A DNA stretch of 64,000 nt from Candidatus Omnitrophota bacterium (GTDB lineage Bacteria; Omnitrophota; Omnitrophia; Omnitrophales; Aquincolibacteriaceae): the NCBI GenBank assembly GCA_023247055.1, contig JAHFHF010000005.1:18985-82984 (forward strand), in the 5' to 3' direction. A program made the translations under genes and the position numbers. The notes under the pieces are model-generated. The model was not told where the DNA came from and ran no database searches. It saw only the letters and a program-made list of their open reading frames with translations. Positions 33,940 through 42,675 of this stretch are shown here, in pieces (position 1 is the stretch's first letter; every line of letters starts with the position of its first letter).

Positions 33940-34167
33940 GCAGAATAGAGCCGATATTGAAACATCCACGACACAGCCCATCAGGCTGTGCGTGGACAGT
34001 CTCTGCGATAGACGCAGAGGCAGAATAGAGCCGATATTGAAACATCCACGACACAGCCCATCAGGCTGTGCATGGACAGTCTCTGCGATAGACGCAGAGG
34101 CAGAATAGAGCCGATATTGAAACATCCACGACACAGCCCATCAGGCTGTGCGTGGACAAGTCTCTAC
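33940..34167. repeat. Tandem direct repeat: 80-bp unit x 2.85 (copies start at 33940, 34020 and 34100). Each unit contains two stem-loops.
   Basis: Units are near-identical, with one G/A difference in copy 2 and a truncated, diverged copy 3. Each unit contains CCACGACACAGCC-CATCA-GGCTGTGCGTGG and CTCTGCG-ATAGA-CGCAGAG. The units are contiguous with no spacers. The array lies in the divergent region between the livK start (33874, - strand) and the secreted-protein gene (34218, + strand). Confidence 0.9.
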
Positions 34168-34217
34168 ACTTTGTTTTTTACGGTTGTTATCTCCAAAACG
34201 GATTCAAAGGAGTTTGT

Positions 34218-35012
34218 ATGACGTCTTTTAAAAAAATGGCAGCAATTTTTATCGCAGCAGGACTCTTGATGCCGGCTCATGCGCATGCGGCGGCGCTGGA
34301 AGGTGAAGTTGTCTCGCTGGCCCCTATGGAATCCGGTCTTTGGAAAGTCGTGATCAAGGCAGCGGGCGGTAAGCAAAGTTTGGTTCTTTCTGCAAAAAGT
34401 GCGATCCTGAAAGAAGTCCGGGTCGAAGACATCAAGCAGGGAGACCGGCTGGCCAGCACGAACAGGGGTTCCCAGGGGGGAACCAAGGGACTGAAAGCGC
34501 CTTTTGGAAATATGTCGGCGGGCGCCAAAAAAATGCTGGGGCTTCCCAATGTTCCGAATATTCCGGCAGTTCCCAATATTCCCAACATTCCTAATAAGCA
34601 GCAGATGAAAGGTGTGGCCCCCAAGGGCGGCGGAGCAGCCCCTCAACCCGGCGGTGGGAATCCCGGCGTCCCCCAGCCTGGCGGAGGCAAATCGGCGGCA
34701 AAAGAAGAACCGCCGCCGGTCAAGACCCAGGACGAAATGCTGCAAGAAAAAGGTTTTCAGAATGAAAAGTTGCTTTTCCCGCCCACGGAAGGTGAGATTG
34801 GCCCCGGCGAAGAAGTCACGCAGGTGCGCAAGGTCGACCAAGGCTTTGAAGTAACGCTGCTTTCGAGCACGGGCAAACCGGAGAAACAAACCTATGCGCC
34901 GGGCAAAAAAGTGGTCAAAGTGTTAAGCCCTGGTGATTTGAAGAAAAAAGACCGCGTCAGCCTCGACTTTAATGAGAAGGACAAAACGGTCACTCAATTA
35001 AAAATCAAGTGA
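34218..35012 (+). CDS. Secreted low-complexity protein (signal peptide; Pro/Asn/Ile and Gly/Pro-rich repeats).
   Basis: AAGGAG lies 6 nt upstream of the ATG at 34218. Signal peptide MTSFKKMAAIFIAAGLLMPAHAHAAA; repeats NVPNIPAVPNIPNIPN and GGGAAPQPGGGNPGVPQPGGG. Confidence 0.6.
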   Translation: MTSFKKMAAIFIAAGLLMPAHAHAAALEGEVVSLAPMESGLWKVVIKAAGGKQSLVLSAKSAILKEVRVEDIKQGDRLASTNRGSQGGTKGLKAPFGNMSAGAKKMLGLPNVPNIPAVPNIPNIPNKQQMKGVAPKGGGAAPQPGGGNPGVPQPGGGKSAAKEEPPPVKTQDEMLQEKGFQNEKLLFPPTEGEIGPGEEVTQVRKVDQGFEVTLLSSTGKPEKQTYAPGKKVVKVLSPGDLKKKDRVSLDFNEKDKTVTQLKIK

Positions 35013-35599
35013 CCCGGGTTTGGGCGCTTGCAGCGCTCCTGTTTTTAAGCGGTTGTACCGCGCTTTTTGGATGGAAAATTCACGCGCCCGGCATTCTCTC
35101 ACAAAACTATTACAGCCGCGTCCTGCCGGCCGAAGACCGCATCGCGCTTTATCTGCCTGACGATGTTCTGCATTATGAATCGACTAACCGCGGCGGCGCG
35201 CTTGCGGACCCTCAGACTTATTATGTCGGCGAAGCATTTGCCCCCATGATTTTAGAGGCCTTCCAGCAAGGATTCCGCGAATTTATTTTTTTTGAAGTCG
35301 AACCGGATGCGGCTCTGATGCGGCAATATGGCGTTCAGCGTCTAGCGGTGGTGCGGATCCGGACGTTAAAAAACCGTGTGACGCTGAAGGGTCAAGCGGT
35401 TCAACTCGAAACCGAGACGCGGGTGTATAATGAAGCTTTACAGCCTGTGGCTGCTTTTGAGTCCATGGGAACTAGCGATGCCAAGAAGGTCTTTGCTAAA
35501 AAAGGCGGCCCTGAAATCAATCTCAATGCCGCTATTGAAAACAACGTGACGGCGATTGTGCAGTACCTGCAGGATAAAGTCATGAGTGATGAGTCATGA
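35009..35599 (+). CDS. Hypothetical lipoprotein.
   Basis: GTG start overlapping the upstream stop (GTGA). Signal peptide with lipobox LFLSGC. Confidence 0.5.
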   Translation: MTRVWALAALLFLSGCTALFGWKIHAPGILSQNYYSRVLPAEDRIALYLPDDVLHYESTNRGGALADPQTYYVGEAFAPMILEAFQQGFREFIFFEVEPDAALMRQYGVQRLAVVRIRTLKNRVTLKGQAVQLETETRVYNEALQPVAAFESMGTSDAKKVFAKKGGPEINLNAAIENNVTAIVQYLQDKVMSDES

Positions 35600-36174
35600 G
35601 TGATGAGAAAAGACAACAGACAATAGAGAACAGAAATTGCCCTAAAAAAGGAGCGAAAACGCTTTCTTTCTGTGTTCTGTCCTCTGTTTTCTGTGCTCTG
35701 TACTCTGTTGTTTGTTCTCTCTCTATCTCTTTTGCCGGCGAGGTTATTCCTGAGACGCCCTCAGCCGTGGTGGTGCGCGAGCACCCGCGCACGGGGCATC
35801 CGTATGTCAGTATTGTCGATCCCAAAAAACCGCGAACGGTTTTTAACGGCGAACTTCAGCGCTACAACCGGCCGGATTACCGCATGCTTGAACCCGGTGT
35901 GAAACCGCGCGATGTGGACTATCATGGGCCGGTGAGCAGCCGCAAAAAAGTTTATGTGCTGGCGGGGGTTTTGGCGGCCGGCGGCGTGGCCGGATATGCG
36001 GCTCTGCCGGTGTCTGCGGCCAGCGGTGGTGCTGCAGGCGGGGCTGGGATATATGCGGCAGCCAGTGGCGCCGTGACAGCCGGGACGTTTTCGACGCATT
36101 GGGCCATGAAGCGTGATGACCGGCCGGATGATTTTACGCAGGCTTCTGTGTCCCGTGAATTGAAGTTGTCTTGA
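35596..36174 (+). CDS. Hypothetical membrane protein with a Gly/Ala-rich (glycine-zipper-like) segment.
   Basis: ATG overlaps the previous stop (ATGA). There is one clear TM helix plus a GGVAGYAALPVSAASGGAAGGAGIYAAASGAV segment. Confidence 0.45.
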   Translation: MSDEKRQQTIENRNCPKKGAKTLSFCVLSSVFCALYSVVCSLSISFAGEVIPETPSAVVVREHPRTGHPYVSIVDPKKPRTVFNGELQRYNRPDYRMLEPGVKPRDVDYHGPVSSRKKVYVLAGVLAAGGVAGYAALPVSAASGGAAGGAGIYAAASGAVTAGTFSTHWAMKRDDRPDDFTQASVSRELKLS

Positions 36175-36310
36175 CTTGAAATTTTCAGCGAACTCCTTCT
36201 CTCTCTTGGGGGAGAAGGTTAGGATGAGGGGGTAGACTTTATTTCTCATCACCCTGACCCTCTCTCCAGAGGGAAAAGGGAAAGCACCAACTCAGTTAAG
36301 GAGTCTAACA

Positions 36311-37084
36311 ATGAATAAAACAAATCTGTTTTTATTTTTTTCAATCCTTGGAATTTTAAGTCTGGCGGGCTGCGGTCCCAAAGAAGAGCCTACGGTTGAA
36401 AATGCCGCGCCTGTGACTTCTGAAGCCGTGCCTCAGGCGGCTGCTCCGGCGCAGGGTGCGGGAACAATCCGCGGCCAGATCAAATTTACGGGAACTGCCC
36501 CGGCGCCTGCCGCACTGCAGATGGCGGCTGATCCTTTTTGCGCAGCCAACGCCGGATCCGGTGCTGTGGTCGAAGATTTGATCGTCAATGCCAACGGTAC
36601 GCTGCGCAATGCCTTTGTCTACATCAAGACTGGGCTGGAAGGGAAAAGTTTTCCTGCGCCTTCCACGCCGGCCGTCTTGGACCAAGCCGGATGCCGTTAT
36701 CATCCGCATGTTTTAGGCTTGCAGGTAGGCCAGCCAGTTGAAATTATTAACAGCGACAGCACCCTGCACAATGTGCACGCTCTGCCAAAGGCCTCGCCGG
36801 AATTCAATCTAGGCATGCCGATCAAAGGTATGAAAATGAAAAAGTCTTTTTCCGCTCCGGAAGTCGCGGCCCGCTTTAAATGCGATGTCCATCCGTGGAT
36901 GTCTGCTTATGCCGGAGTTGTCGCGCATCCCTTTTTTGCCGTGACAGGCGAAGACGGCAGTTTCGAATTGAAAAATGTTCCTGCGGGTTCGTACACAGTA
37001 GCGGTCTGGCATGAAAAGTTGGGCGAAAAAGAAACCGCTGTGACCGTGACGGATGGAGAATCCACGGTTGACATGGCATTTTAA
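36311..37084 (+). CDS. Lipoprotein with a cupredoxin-like type-1 copper-site motif and a C-terminal carboxypeptidase-regulatory-like beta-sandwich.
   Basis: TAAGGAG ribosome-binding site; lipobox LSLAGCG. Candidate copper ligands are HNVH ... C-D-V-H-P-W-M, matching the Cys-x2-His-x2-Met pattern of blue copper sites. The C-terminus AVTGEDGSFELKNVPAGSYTVAVWHEKLG resembles the CarboxypepD_reg fold. Confidence 0.45.
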   Translation: MNKTNLFLFFSILGILSLAGCGPKEEPTVENAAPVTSEAVPQAAAPAQGAGTIRGQIKFTGTAPAPAALQMAADPFCAANAGSGAVVEDLIVNANGTLRNAFVYIKTGLEGKSFPAPSTPAVLDQAGCRYHPHVLGLQVGQPVEIINSDSTLHNVHALPKASPEFNLGMPIKGMKMKKSFSAPEVAARFKCDVHPWMSAYAGVVAHPFFAVTGEDGSFELKNVPAGSYTVAVWHEKLGEKETAVTVTDGESTVDMAF

Positions 37085-37102
37085 AATTAAAAGGAGACCG
37101 GT

Positions 37103-37333
37103 ATGAGAAAAAAGTTATTTAGAATTTTTACAGGCGCCTTATTGATTTTTTCCGTTGTCAGCGCAATGGCGTCTGCCGGCAGCGTTTGCCCGGTCATGCC
37201 CGATCATCAGGGCAGTTCGAAGTATGCCGTGGATTACAAGGGCAAGACGTACAATTTTTGCTGCAAAAGCTGCGTGAAAAAATTCAACAAAAATCCGGAA
37301 AAATATAGCCGAACGACTGCCGGGGCGGCCTAA
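37103..37333 (+). CDS. YHS/TRASH-domain small protein (putative metal/copper-binding).
   Basis: AAGGAG ribosome-binding site; signal peptide; CPV...KYAVDYKGKTYNFCCKSCVKKFNKNPEKY matches the YHS domain pattern. Confidence 0.6.
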   Translation: MRKKLFRIFTGALLIFSVVSAMASAGSVCPVMPDHQGSSKYAVDYKGKTYNFCCKSCVKKFNKNPEKYSRTTAGAA

Positions 37334-37611
37334 TGGTAAAAAATCTATTTATTTTTTTGGCAGCGGGACTCTTGGTTTTCCAGGGGCCGGGTGCCCAGGC
37401 CGCGGAGGTGCTCTGCTCCCTGCATGACGGCCAGGCCGCTGACGGCACTACGGTGCTGGAAAAGCAGGGCAAAAAATATGAATTTTGCTGTTCGGGCTGC
37501 CTGCAGAAGTTTAAAGAATCGCCCGAATATTTTTCGACCGTTGAAAAAACGAACGCTATGCCCGGGCAAGCGAAGGCCGAAGCCGCATGCAGCACCGTCT
37601 GCAGCGATTAA
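37333..37611 (+). CDS. Second YHS/TRASH-domain small protein.
   Basis: TAATG overlap with the previous gene; signal peptide; CSLHDGQ...KYEFCCSGCLQKFKESPEYF; Cys-rich C-terminus. Confidence 0.55.
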   Translation: MVKNLFIFLAAGLLVFQGPGAQAAEVLCSLHDGQAADGTTVLEKQGKKYEFCCSGCLQKFKESPEYFSTVEKTNAMPGQAKAEAACSTVCSD

Positions 37612-37635
37612 CGGCGGCTGAAGAGGGAGTGTGCG

Positions 37636-38043
37636 ATGAATTTTGAAGGCGTTTTTTTTCATCCGTTGATGGTCCATTTTCCCATCGCTTTGTGTTTCTT
37701 TGAATTTTTTCTGCTGGCACTGGCGGCTTTCAAAAAAGACATAGCCTATCTGCAGTTTGCCCGCTTGACGTTTTACGTTTTGACCGCCGGGCTCGCCGCA
37801 GCGCTGATCAGCGGTTATCACGATGCCGGCGGCCATATCGCGGATCTTTTTGCGGGTGGCGTAAAACCCCATTTTTTTGCAGCCTGCAGCCTGACCGCTT
37901 TGACGGCCGTGCGTTTTGTTCTTTGGCGTCAATTTTCCCCCAGCCATCCTCGGTGTGTTGTTGTTCATCTTTGCGGTTCGGTCCTGATGATGGCGGCAGT
38001 CAGCATCACCGCTTATTTTGGAGGCGAACTTGTCTACTCTTGA
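37636..38043 (+). CDS. DUF2231-family integral membrane protein.
   Basis: AGAGGGAG ribosome-binding site; N-terminal HPLMVHFPIAL signature; 4 TM helices. Confidence 0.55.
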   Translation: MNFEGVFFHPLMVHFPIALCFFEFFLLALAAFKKDIAYLQFARLTFYVLTAGLAAALISGYHDAGGHIADLFAGGVKPHFFAACSLTALTAVRFVLWRQFSPSHPRCVVVHLCGSVLMMAAVSITAYFGGELVYS

Positions 38044-39100
38044 TGCGGCCGAAACTCACGAAGACCATAGCTGCTGCGGATCGATGCATACGGCCCAAAA
38101 ACCCTGGTATCAGGATGTCACGGTTTGGATTTTAATCGTGGGTACGGGTTTAATCGCCGCGTCTTTTGTTGTGCCCGGCCTTGTCGTTTTCCATGCGGCA
38201 GCAATGCATTACTTGCGCAAGCTGTGGCTGCCTGTCCTGGCCGGACTTTTCTTGGGCGGTTTGCTCGAACGATTCGTGCCCGAAAGTTATGTGTCGAAGC
38301 AGCTGGCGCGGCCGGGGAAAAGCACGGTGTTTTATGCAGTGGGCCTTGGATTTTTGATGAGCGCCTGCAGCCATGGTCTGATTGCGCTTTCCATGGAACT
38401 GCACCGTAAGGGCGCTTCCGGTGCGGCGATCGTTAGTTTTCTCTTGGCCAGCCCCTGGGCCAGCCTGCCCATTACGCTGCTTTTGATCGGGCTTTTTGGG
38501 GCCAAGTCTTTCGTGATTATTTTTGGCGCTTTAGTCATCGCGGTGGTTACGGGTTTAATTTTTCAGGCCCTGGCCCGTGCGGGCCTGATTGAGAAAAACC
38601 GGCATACGGTCACGGTGCATTCAGAATTTTCTATCCGCAAAGACATCCGCCGCCGCCTCAGCCAGTACCGCTTTTCCTGGACCGGTCTTTTCAGCGATCT
38701 CAAAATGATTTTGCGCGGTGCCGCAAGCCTGGCCCACATGACGCTGGGTTGGACGGTATTCGGCCTAGTCATGGCCAGTCTTTCCAACGCTTTTGTGCCC
38801 ACGGATTGGTTTCATCGATTTCTTGGGCCTTCCGCGATGGGTTTGTGCGGCACGCTTGCGCTGGCGACAGTACTGGAAGTTTGTTCGGAAGGAACTTCGC
38901 CCTTGGCTTTTGAGATTTATCGCCAGACCGGCGCTTTCGGCAATGCGGTAGCCTTTCTGATGGGAGGTGTGGTGACGGACTATACGGAGATTGGGTTGAT
39001 CTGGCAGAATATTGGGCGCCGCACGGCGTTATGGCTGCTGGCCGTCAGTCTGCCGCAGGTTTTTCTGCTGGGATTACTGCTCAACAAGCTTGGTCTTTAA
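38018..39100 (+). CDS. Predicted permease (COG0701 / two-repeat permease family).
   Basis: Polytopic membrane protein with an N-terminal Cys/His-rich stretch (HEDHSCCGSMH). The ORF overlaps the upstream gene by 26 nt, and an alternative ATG lies at 38084. Confidence 0.5.
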   Translation: MEANLSTLDAAETHEDHSCCGSMHTAQKPWYQDVTVWILIVGTGLIAASFVVPGLVVFHAAAMHYLRKLWLPVLAGLFLGGLLERFVPESYVSKQLARPGKSTVFYAVGLGFLMSACSHGLIALSMELHRKGASGAAIVSFLLASPWASLPITLLLIGLFGAKSFVIIFGALVIAVVTGLIFQALARAGLIEKNRHTVTVHSEFSIRKDIRRRLSQYRFSWTGLFSDLKMILRGAASLAHMTLGWTVFGLVMASLSNAFVPTDWFHRFLGPSAMGLCGTLALATVLEVCSEGTSPLAFEIYRQTGAFGNAVAFLMGGVVTDYTEIGLIWQNIGRRTALWLLAVSLPQVFLLGLLLNKLGL

Positions 39101-39110
39101 AATTAACTTC

Positions 39111-39170
39111 ATTCCCGGTAGTGGCAATTTCCGCCACAGGCGGACAGCATGAATGGCCGCTACCGGGTTT
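39111..39170. terminator. Bidirectional terminator-like nested hairpin between the convergent permease and aminotransferase genes.
   Basis: CCCGGTAGTGGC ... GCCGCTACCGGG arms enclosing CCGCC-ACA-GGCGG, located between the + strand stop at 39100 and the - strand stop at 39160. Confidence 0.45.
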
Positions 39171-40323
39171 TAGCCGAAAGCAGCCTTGCCAACCCAGTTT
39201 TAAAGCTTTCCTCGGGTACAAGCAGACTTAAGACCAGGGCCGCCGGCATTTCTTCCAAATCAAACAAGTAGCCGGGATGCAGCAATACTTTTTGATTTTC
39301 GAGCAGGTCCAGCGCCCACTGCTCGTCTGTTTGAATTCCGGGCATGCGCAAAATCGACGACCAGCCGCCTTCGGTTTTTAAAACTTCCACCGCAGAACCT
39401 GCAAAATGTTTTTCAAGAAAAGCCCGGTTGCTCCGGATTCGGTCCCGGATTTCTTGCTGAATCGCGGGCATTTTTTCCAGCCAAAGCGGCAGCGCATTCT
39501 GGATGGGTGTGGACGCTGAAAGGTAGGTATCTGCCACAATTTCGAGGCGGCGCAGGGCATCGTTTTTCAACTCTTCCGGTCCTGTGACCACCACCCAGGA
39601 AAGTTTCATCTGCGGCAGTCCCAAAATTTTTGAAATGCCGCTTAACGTAAACGTCAGCCCATCGTTTTGTGCGGCAAAACTTGGCGGCAGAGGCGTGGTC
39701 TCCAGAGCAAAATCGTAAAAGACTTCATCGGAAATGAGCGCTGCTTTCTTGCGCTGGGCCCAGGATGCCAAAATAGCCTGTTCCTTTTCGCTGACATAAT
39801 TACCGGCCGGATTCGAAGGGTGGACGACAAGCGTGGCTTTAACGCGCGCCGTGCATTCCTCCAAAATCTTAGGCTCCATCTGCCAACCGTTTTGGTAAAT
39901 CAGAGGGTAGCGGATCAACTTAACGTCATTGATTTCAGCCAAGTAATCCATGAGCGGGTAACCCGGCGCAGGACCCAGGATGCTGTCGCCATGTTCCGCC
40001 AGAATTTTGAAGACAAAACTGTAGGCTTCACTGGTGCTGGCTGTGATAAAAATCTGGTCAGGATGCAGTAAGATTCCCTTGGCGGCATAATACCGGCAGA
40101 CGGCTTCACGGGCCTTGGGCAGGCCGTGCGGGTCCGGCGTGTATTTCAGTCCATCCGGATGCAGCAGAGGTTCAAGAAGAGCGGGTGTTAAATACGAGAA
40201 TCCGCAGTCTGTGGGATTCGTGACCGTGAGATTGATGAAGTCCGGGTGCGCGCGAAGTTCCTCAGCTTTTTGCGCCAGCGGATTCAGCGCCGTATTCCAG
40301 TCCGTGCGTTTGGAGAAAGTCAT
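39160..40323 (-). CDS. PLP-dependent aminotransferase, class I/II (alanine/aspartate aminotransferase-like).
   Basis: Fold-type I aminotransferase character (…SGISKILGLPQMKLSWVVV…; SKxxG with the PLP lysine context). Start chosen at MTFSKRTDW (40323), which overlaps the upstream stop as ATGA. The track ORF extends to 40398. Confidence 0.75.
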   Translation of the reverse strand: MTFSKRTDWNTALNPLAQKAEELRAHPDFINLTVTNPTDCGFSYLTPALLEPLLHPDGLKYTPDPHGLPKAREAVCRYYAAKGILLHPDQIFITASTSEAYSFVFKILAEHGDSILGPAPGYPLMDYLAEINDVKLIRYPLIYQNGWQMEPKILEECTARVKATLVVHPSNPAGNYVSEKEQAILASWAQRKKAALISDEVFYDFALETTPLPPSFAAQNDGLTFTLSGISKILGLPQMKLSWVVVTGPEELKNDALRRLEIVADTYLSASTPIQNALPLWLEKMPAIQQEIRDRIRSNRAFLEKHFAGSAVEVLKTEGGWSSILRMPGIQTDEQWALDLLENQKVLLHPGYLFDLEEMPAALVLSLLVPEESFKTGLARLLSAKTR

Positions 40324-41420
40324 TTCTTTTTTGCCGCGGTATCGAGGAGTTGGCAAACACTTTCGCGGGTCACCGGTGAGCCGAAGACCTGCTCCCAAAC
40401 TTCCGGCGATTCCATCGAAAGATAAAGCGTCACATCCGGCGCTAATTCGCGGATCATCCGCGTCATGATTTTATAGATTTCAATGCGACTGGGTTTGAAG
40501 TAGCGCAGTTTGCCGTCCATACCTTTGATCCATTCGGCCGCAGGAAGTTTGGACTTGGGGAAGCGGTCTTCCATAATGGGTTTGAGTTCCGGCATCATAC
40601 GCAGGCAGCCCAGGCTGATCCAGCCGATTTTCTCAGCAGGCACCGCCCGGAACAGATCGCGTGCGACCTCACCGTAATCTTGCTCCCAGCCAGGATAGTC
40701 GATGATAGGGTCAAAATGAAAATTGACGCGCCAGCCGGGAAGGCCGGCCACGGTTTTGGCTGCGGCAAGGCGCTCGTCGATAGAGGCGCATTTATGTTCT
40801 TCCTCGCGGCTGATTTTGCGCGAGTTCAGCGACCAGCCGACCATCGCTTTGCCGGCGCCGTCGAGTGCCGCAAGCCGTGCGATATTGACGCTTTTAGTCT
40901 TGAGTTCCAACAAAGCATTTTTCTGCCGGGCAAAAAAAGGCACCAGGATTTCTGAAAAACCTGTGATAGGGTCGAGCGAGAGCGAATCGGCGAGCTGCCC
41001 CGTACCAATGCGGAAAAACCGGTCTGGATTGTCATCGAGAACCCTTTGCAGATTCGCCAGCATCTCCTCGATATTGACAAAGACGGTTAGCAAAGGGTTC
41101 GTGAGATAGGCCTGCAAAATGCAGTAGCTGCATTCCAGGTCGCAGCCTTCCGCAGCATGCAAGGTAAAATAATCGCACGACAAATACTGTTCCGCTTCGG
41201 GAAAAGGTTTGAAGGAACGCCCCTTGTCATAGGCTAGCAGCAAGGTGCGTTTGCCTTCGCCGATGGAGTCGCGTTTGGCGCGCAGCGCAGCATTTAGCAC
41301 TCGCGTATCTTCAATCACTTCCTGCGGCACATCCGGCAGCCGCCGCAGGATCGTCTGCGTTAGGGGGAAATTCAGCGCCGTTCTTTCAATATAGATTTTT
41401 TGGGGTTGATAGCGTGTCAT
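40320..41420 (-). CDS. Radical SAM protein of the SplB / DNA-repair-photolyase-like family (COG1533).
   Basis: CDLECSYC (CxxxCxxC) cluster motif and SplB-like length. Start chosen at MTRYQPQKIYIE (41420); the track ORF begins at 41459 and would overlap the GT2 gene. Confidence 0.65.
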   Translation of the reverse strand: MTRYQPQKIYIERTALNFPLTQTILRRLPDVPQEVIEDTRVLNAALRAKRDSIGEGKRTLLLAYDKGRSFKPFPEAEQYLSCDYFTLHAAEGCDLECSYCILQAYLTNPLLTVFVNIEEMLANLQRVLDDNPDRFFRIGTGQLADSLSLDPITGFSEILVPFFARQKNALLELKTKSVNIARLAALDGAGKAMVGWSLNSRKISREEEHKCASIDERLAAAKTVAGLPGWRVNFHFDPIIDYPGWEQDYGEVARDLFRAVPAEKIGWISLGCLRMMPELKPIMEDRFPKSKLPAAEWIKGMDGKLRYFKPSRIEIYKIMTRMIRELAPDVTLYLSMESPEVWEQVFGSPVTRESVCQLLDTAAKKK

Positions 41421-41440
41421 AGGTGAGGGACAGGTCCGTC

Positions 41441-42355
41441 TTAACGTCTTGTAGGCCAAGGGGTTGCGAGGACCTGTCCCTGGTTTTGGGCGCCTTGCCG
41501 GAAAATGCGGCTTTTTTCTTCCAGCATTTGCCGGGCAGCAAGGGTTTGCGTCGCATCCAGCGCCCCGGAAGACAGGATTTTTTCAAGCGCGTAAATGCGG
41601 AAGCGGTCCATGGCCGGAAATTCGCGTGAGCGCTGGTCTGCGTGGCCGCCGTATTTAATCACGTACGGTTTTTCAATCAGTCCTACCGGATGGCGCGCGG
41701 CGATACGCAGCCATAAATCATAATCTTCACAGGCGGGCAGGGATTCATCAAAGCCGCCGGTTTCGATGAAAAACGATTTTTCCATCATAACGGCCGAGGG
41801 GCTGATGACGCACAGCGGCAGGCATTTTTCAAAAATAAAGCCGCCGTATTTTTTGTGTTTTTTCATTGGATTGACGCGTACGCCATTGCGGATCCAGATT
41901 TCTTCGGTCTGGCCAATGCGGTATTCGCGATGGGCTTGAAAAAAATCCCATTGGGCGCGCAGTTTACCCGGTTTCCATTCATCGTCGGAATCCAGGAAAG
42001 CAATCCAGCGGCCTTGGGCCGCCTCAACGCCGCGGTTGCGTGCATACGAAGGCCCGCGCTGTTCTTGCCAATGCAGATAAACGACCGAAGGAAATTCTTG
42101 GCGGACCCAGGCTTCCGTGCCGTCCGTGGAACCGTCATCGGCAATTATTAACTCGATTGCCGTTTCTGTTCGCGAGGGACACCGGCCATCAGCCGGTGCC
42201 TGCGCAGTCCCTGGGCGCAACCTATCAGCCGGCGCGCCTAGTTCAATGATCGATGACTGTCCCTTGTGCATGTTTTTTTGAGCCAGCACAGAACGGATGG
42301 CACGTTCAAGAGTATGCTTGCGGTTAAATGCGGGGATGATGACACTGATGTCCAT
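41441..42355 (-). CDS. Family 2 glycosyltransferase.
   Basis: N-terminus MDISVIIPAFNRKHTLERAIRSVLAQ with DxD-type motifs (IADDGSTDGT, FLDSDDEW). Confidence 0.85.
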   Translation of the reverse strand: MDISVIIPAFNRKHTLERAIRSVLAQKNMHKGQSSIIELGAPADRLRPGTAQAPADGRCPSRTETAIELIIADDGSTDGTEAWVRQEFPSVVYLHWQEQRGPSYARNRGVEAAQGRWIAFLDSDDEWKPGKLRAQWDFFQAHREYRIGQTEEIWIRNGVRVNPMKKHKKYGGFIFEKCLPLCVISPSAVMMEKSFFIETGGFDESLPACEDYDLWLRIAARHPVGLIEKPYVIKYGGHADQRSREFPAMDRFRIYALEKILSSGALDATQTLAARQMLEEKSRIFRQGAQNQGQVLATPWPTRR

Positions 42356-42591
42356 ACGGATGGATACTATACATGCCGCAAGGGGATCGAGTCATCTTCG
42401 AATACAGTTACCCGGAAGTCCGGCGAAGGGGCGGCGTGTTGGATAGGGGGTGCTATAAATTGGCATGCCGAGATTGAATTATATTCAAATTTGTAGTATT
42501 CGATATTGTTACATCGATAACAATCGACGAAATTGTCCACGCTTATGCCAATTTCTGCCTCTTTTCCTTGTCCCGGATATCGCAACGTGGA

Positions 42592-42620
42592 TTGACACCC
42601 TCTGGAGGGACTTCTATACT
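42592..42620 (+). promoter_or_regulatory. Sigma70-type promoter TTGACA-17 nt-TATACT for the cyclodeaminase-folD operon.
   Basis: Exact -35 (42592-42597) and near-consensus -10 (42615-42620) with a 17-nt spacer that contains the palindrome CCCTC-TGG-AGGG. It lies about 55 nt upstream of the ATG at 42676. Confidence 0.5.
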
Positions 42621-42675
42621 AAACCTTTTGAGTGGCCCCCCCTAGTTTGGTGCTCAAGCGAAGGTAATCCCAAGT

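Noticed and set aside
33940-34167. Possible CRISPR array (regular repeats with hairpins).
   Set aside because: The units are contiguous 80-bp direct repeats with no intervening unique spacers and no cas genes nearby. It is a tandem repeat, not a CRISPR array.
34164-34889. 241-aa minus-strand ORF.
   Set aside because: It is antisense to the ribosome-binding-site-supported secreted-protein gene at 34218..35012 and its composition is low-complexity.
37345-37968. 207-aa minus-strand ORF.
   Set aside because: It is antisense to the YHS-domain and DUF2231 genes, which have ribosome-binding sites and recognisable motifs.
42356-42675. ZTP (pfl) riboswitch upstream of the folate genes.
   Set aside because: I could not find the conserved pfl pseudoknot/P3 sequence by eye. 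The region is better explained by a promoter plus operator-like palindromes. An Rfam scan would settle it.
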